This document shows, piece after piece, positions 62,737 through 64,000 of a DNA stretch of 64,000 bases (position 1 is its first letter; each line of letters starts with the position of its first letter). This DNA comes from Candidatus Acidiferrales bacterium (GTDB lineage Bacteria > Acidobacteriota > Terriglobia > Acidiferrales > UBA7541): contig DASYZC010000062.1 of the NCBI GenBank assembly GCA_035949735.1, positions 4,574-68,573 on the forward strand. Reading direction: 5' to 3'. Made by a program: the position numbers and the translations under genes. The notes beneath the pieces were generated by a model, which did not search any database, was not told where the DNA came from, and was given only the letters and a program-made list of their open reading frames with translations.

Positions 62737-63999
62737 CTATCGGGCGTGCACCTGCGCAGCTCGCAGGATGGCCTCGATGCTCTTCTCTACATCCGCGTCT
62801 GTGGTTGACCAGTTACTCACGCTGATGCGCATTGCCGGCCGGCCTTTCCACGTGGTTCCTCCGCACCAGCAGACGCCCTCCTGCTGGATCGCCGCGATGG
62901 TGCGCTGAGTTTGTTCAGCAGTGCCGAATGAAACCAGAACCTGGTTGAGCAGCACTTCGTTGAGCACTTCGTATCCCGCGGCCCGCAAAGCGATAGAAAA
63001 CCGGCTTGCCTGGCGGCAGTTGCGTTCGATCGTTTCGGCGATCCCCTGGCGTCCGAGGGACCGCATAGCCGCGTATACCGGAATCGCCCTGGCGCGCCGC
63101 GATTCCTCCGGCACAAAGTCATGGGGATCGCGCTGGCCGCCTGTAGCGACAATATAAGCGGCGGCCAGGGACATGGCGCTGCGATGCGCAGCTTCGTCGG
63201 CACAGAAGACAATCCCGCAATCGTAGGGGACATTGAGCCACTTGTGCGCATCGGTCGCCACCGAATCGGCATTCTCGATACCGCGAACGAGAGCCGCGCG
63301 TTGGGGTGAAGCAGCGGCCCAAAAGCCGAACGCGCCATCCACATGCAACCAGGCGCCGCAGTCCTTTGCCGATTCGGCGATTTCGTGAAGAGGATCGATT
63401 GCGCCCGTGTTCACGTTGCCCGCTTGCGCGCACACAATGCAGGGTCCGCGATGTCCACGCAGTGCAGCGGCCAGACTTTCGGCGCGCATCCGGCCCTGAC
63501 TATCCGTGGGAATTCGCCGAACGCGATTGGATCCGAGGCCCAATAAGCGAAGGGCCGTGGATATCGTGTAATGCGCTTCTTCGTTGACCACCACGTCGAT
63601 AGGCGGCGCTCCGAAAAGGCCGTCTGACTCGACATCCCATCCGGCGTTGCGCAATACGCGATGCCGGGCGGCAGCCAGTCCGGTAAAGTTCGCCATTTGA
63701 CAGCCGGTCACAAAGCCATAGCTCATCGCGGCAGGGAGGCCGGCGAGTTCGCGCAACCATGACCCCGTGATCTGCTCGATCACTGAGACCAAAGGAGACG
63801 TAACGTAGACACAGCTGTTTTGATCCCAGGCCGATACAAGCCAATCGGCGGCGAGCGCGGCTGGCAGACTGCCACCTATCACAAAACCGAAGTAACGAGG
63901 CCCTGCAGAGGCGACCGTGCCTTTCATACCGGCGTTCGCGAGAATTGGGGTGAGGGCGTCCGCGGCGATTCCCTCGTCGGGAAGCGGGCCACCGAGCAT
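62737..63999 (-). CDS. PLP-dependent (group II) decarboxylase; the N-terminus runs off the window
   Basis: PLP-lysine context SVATDAHKWLNVPYDCG. The ORF is still open at the window edge. Confidence 0.8.
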   Translation of the reverse strand: MLGGPLPDEGIAADALTPILANAGMKGTVASAGPRYFGFVIGGSLPAALAADWLVSAWDQNSCVYVTSPLVSVIEQITGSWLRELAGLPAAMSYGFVTGCQMANFTGLAAARHRVLRNAGWDVESDGLFGAPPIDVVVNEEAHYTISTALRLLGLGSNRVRRIPTDSQGRMRAESLAAALRGHRGPCIVCAQAGNVNTGAIDPLHEIAESAKDCGAWLHVDGAFGFWAAASPQRAALVRGIENADSVATDAHKWLNVPYDCGIVFCADEAAHRSAMSLAAAYIVATGGQRDPHDFVPEESRRARAIPVYAAMRSLGRQGIAETIERNCRQASRFSIALRAAGYEVLNEVLLNQVLVSFGTAEQTQRTIAAIQQEGVCWCGGTTWKGRPAMRISVSNWSTTDADVEKSIEAILRAAQVHAR

Positions 64000-64000
64000 C

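Noticed and set aside
1-64000. CRISPR arrays, rRNA genes, IS elements or transposases, reverse transcriptases/retrons
   Set aside because: On reading the intergenic regions and the ORF translations I found no regularly spaced direct repeats. I also found no rRNA-like sequence, no DDE/HUH transposase motifs and no YxDD reverse-transcriptase motif.

Overview
This 64-kb window comes from a moderately GC-rich bacterial chromosome. The protein families look like a soil bacterium, possibly Acidobacteriota, but that is only an impression. Coordinates ~78-45,633 appear to be a ~45.5-kb integrative conjugative element (ICE). It is bounded by a 17-nt direct repeat (16/17 identical); the left copy sits in a tRNA-like T-arm/acceptor fragment. 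The ICE backbone (52-16,458) lies entirely on the minus strand and is largely translationally coupled. It encodes a large serine recombinase, a RepB'-type primase, VirB11, a type IV coupling protein, two winged-helix/nuclease-like proteins and VirB8/6/5/10/9/4/3/2 homologues. No canonical relaxase is recognisable. The ICE cargo (16.9-45.2 kb) holds the following: (1) an ECF sigma/zinc anti-sigma pair followed by two membrane proteins; (2) a TPR-CHAT protease coupled to a cytoplasmic PDZ-S41 peptidase; (3) ArdC; (4) a PD-(D/E)XK nuclease-like protein; (5) XRE-regulated small-gene modules; (6) an orphan beta-class DNA methyltransferase; (7) a PLD-SNF2 helicase/nuclease with a 1065-aa Eco57I/PglX-like N6-adenine methyltransferase; (8) a four-gene operon with no named equivalent that I can recall. 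The operon in (8) runs N6-adenine MTase, then a protein with two GHKL modules (MORC/Hsp90-like ATPase plus a complete histidine-kinase transmitter), then a receiver-domain protein, then a ComEC-type metallo-beta-lactamase hydrolase (40,136-45,189). I consider it the best candidate for an undescribed methylation-linked two-component defence system. To the right of the ICE (45.7-64 kb) is ordinary chromosome: a TolC/MacB-like ABC efflux operon, a Tat-exported multicopper oxidase with DoxX, two diverged copies of a serine-hydrolase/MBL/GMC-oxidoreductase gene triad, an SDR, a SnoaL-like protein, a zinc-ribbon miniprotein and a PLP-dependent decarboxylase truncated by the window edge. All functional calls rest on motifs read from the supplied translations and on remembered family signatures. 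No database search was run.
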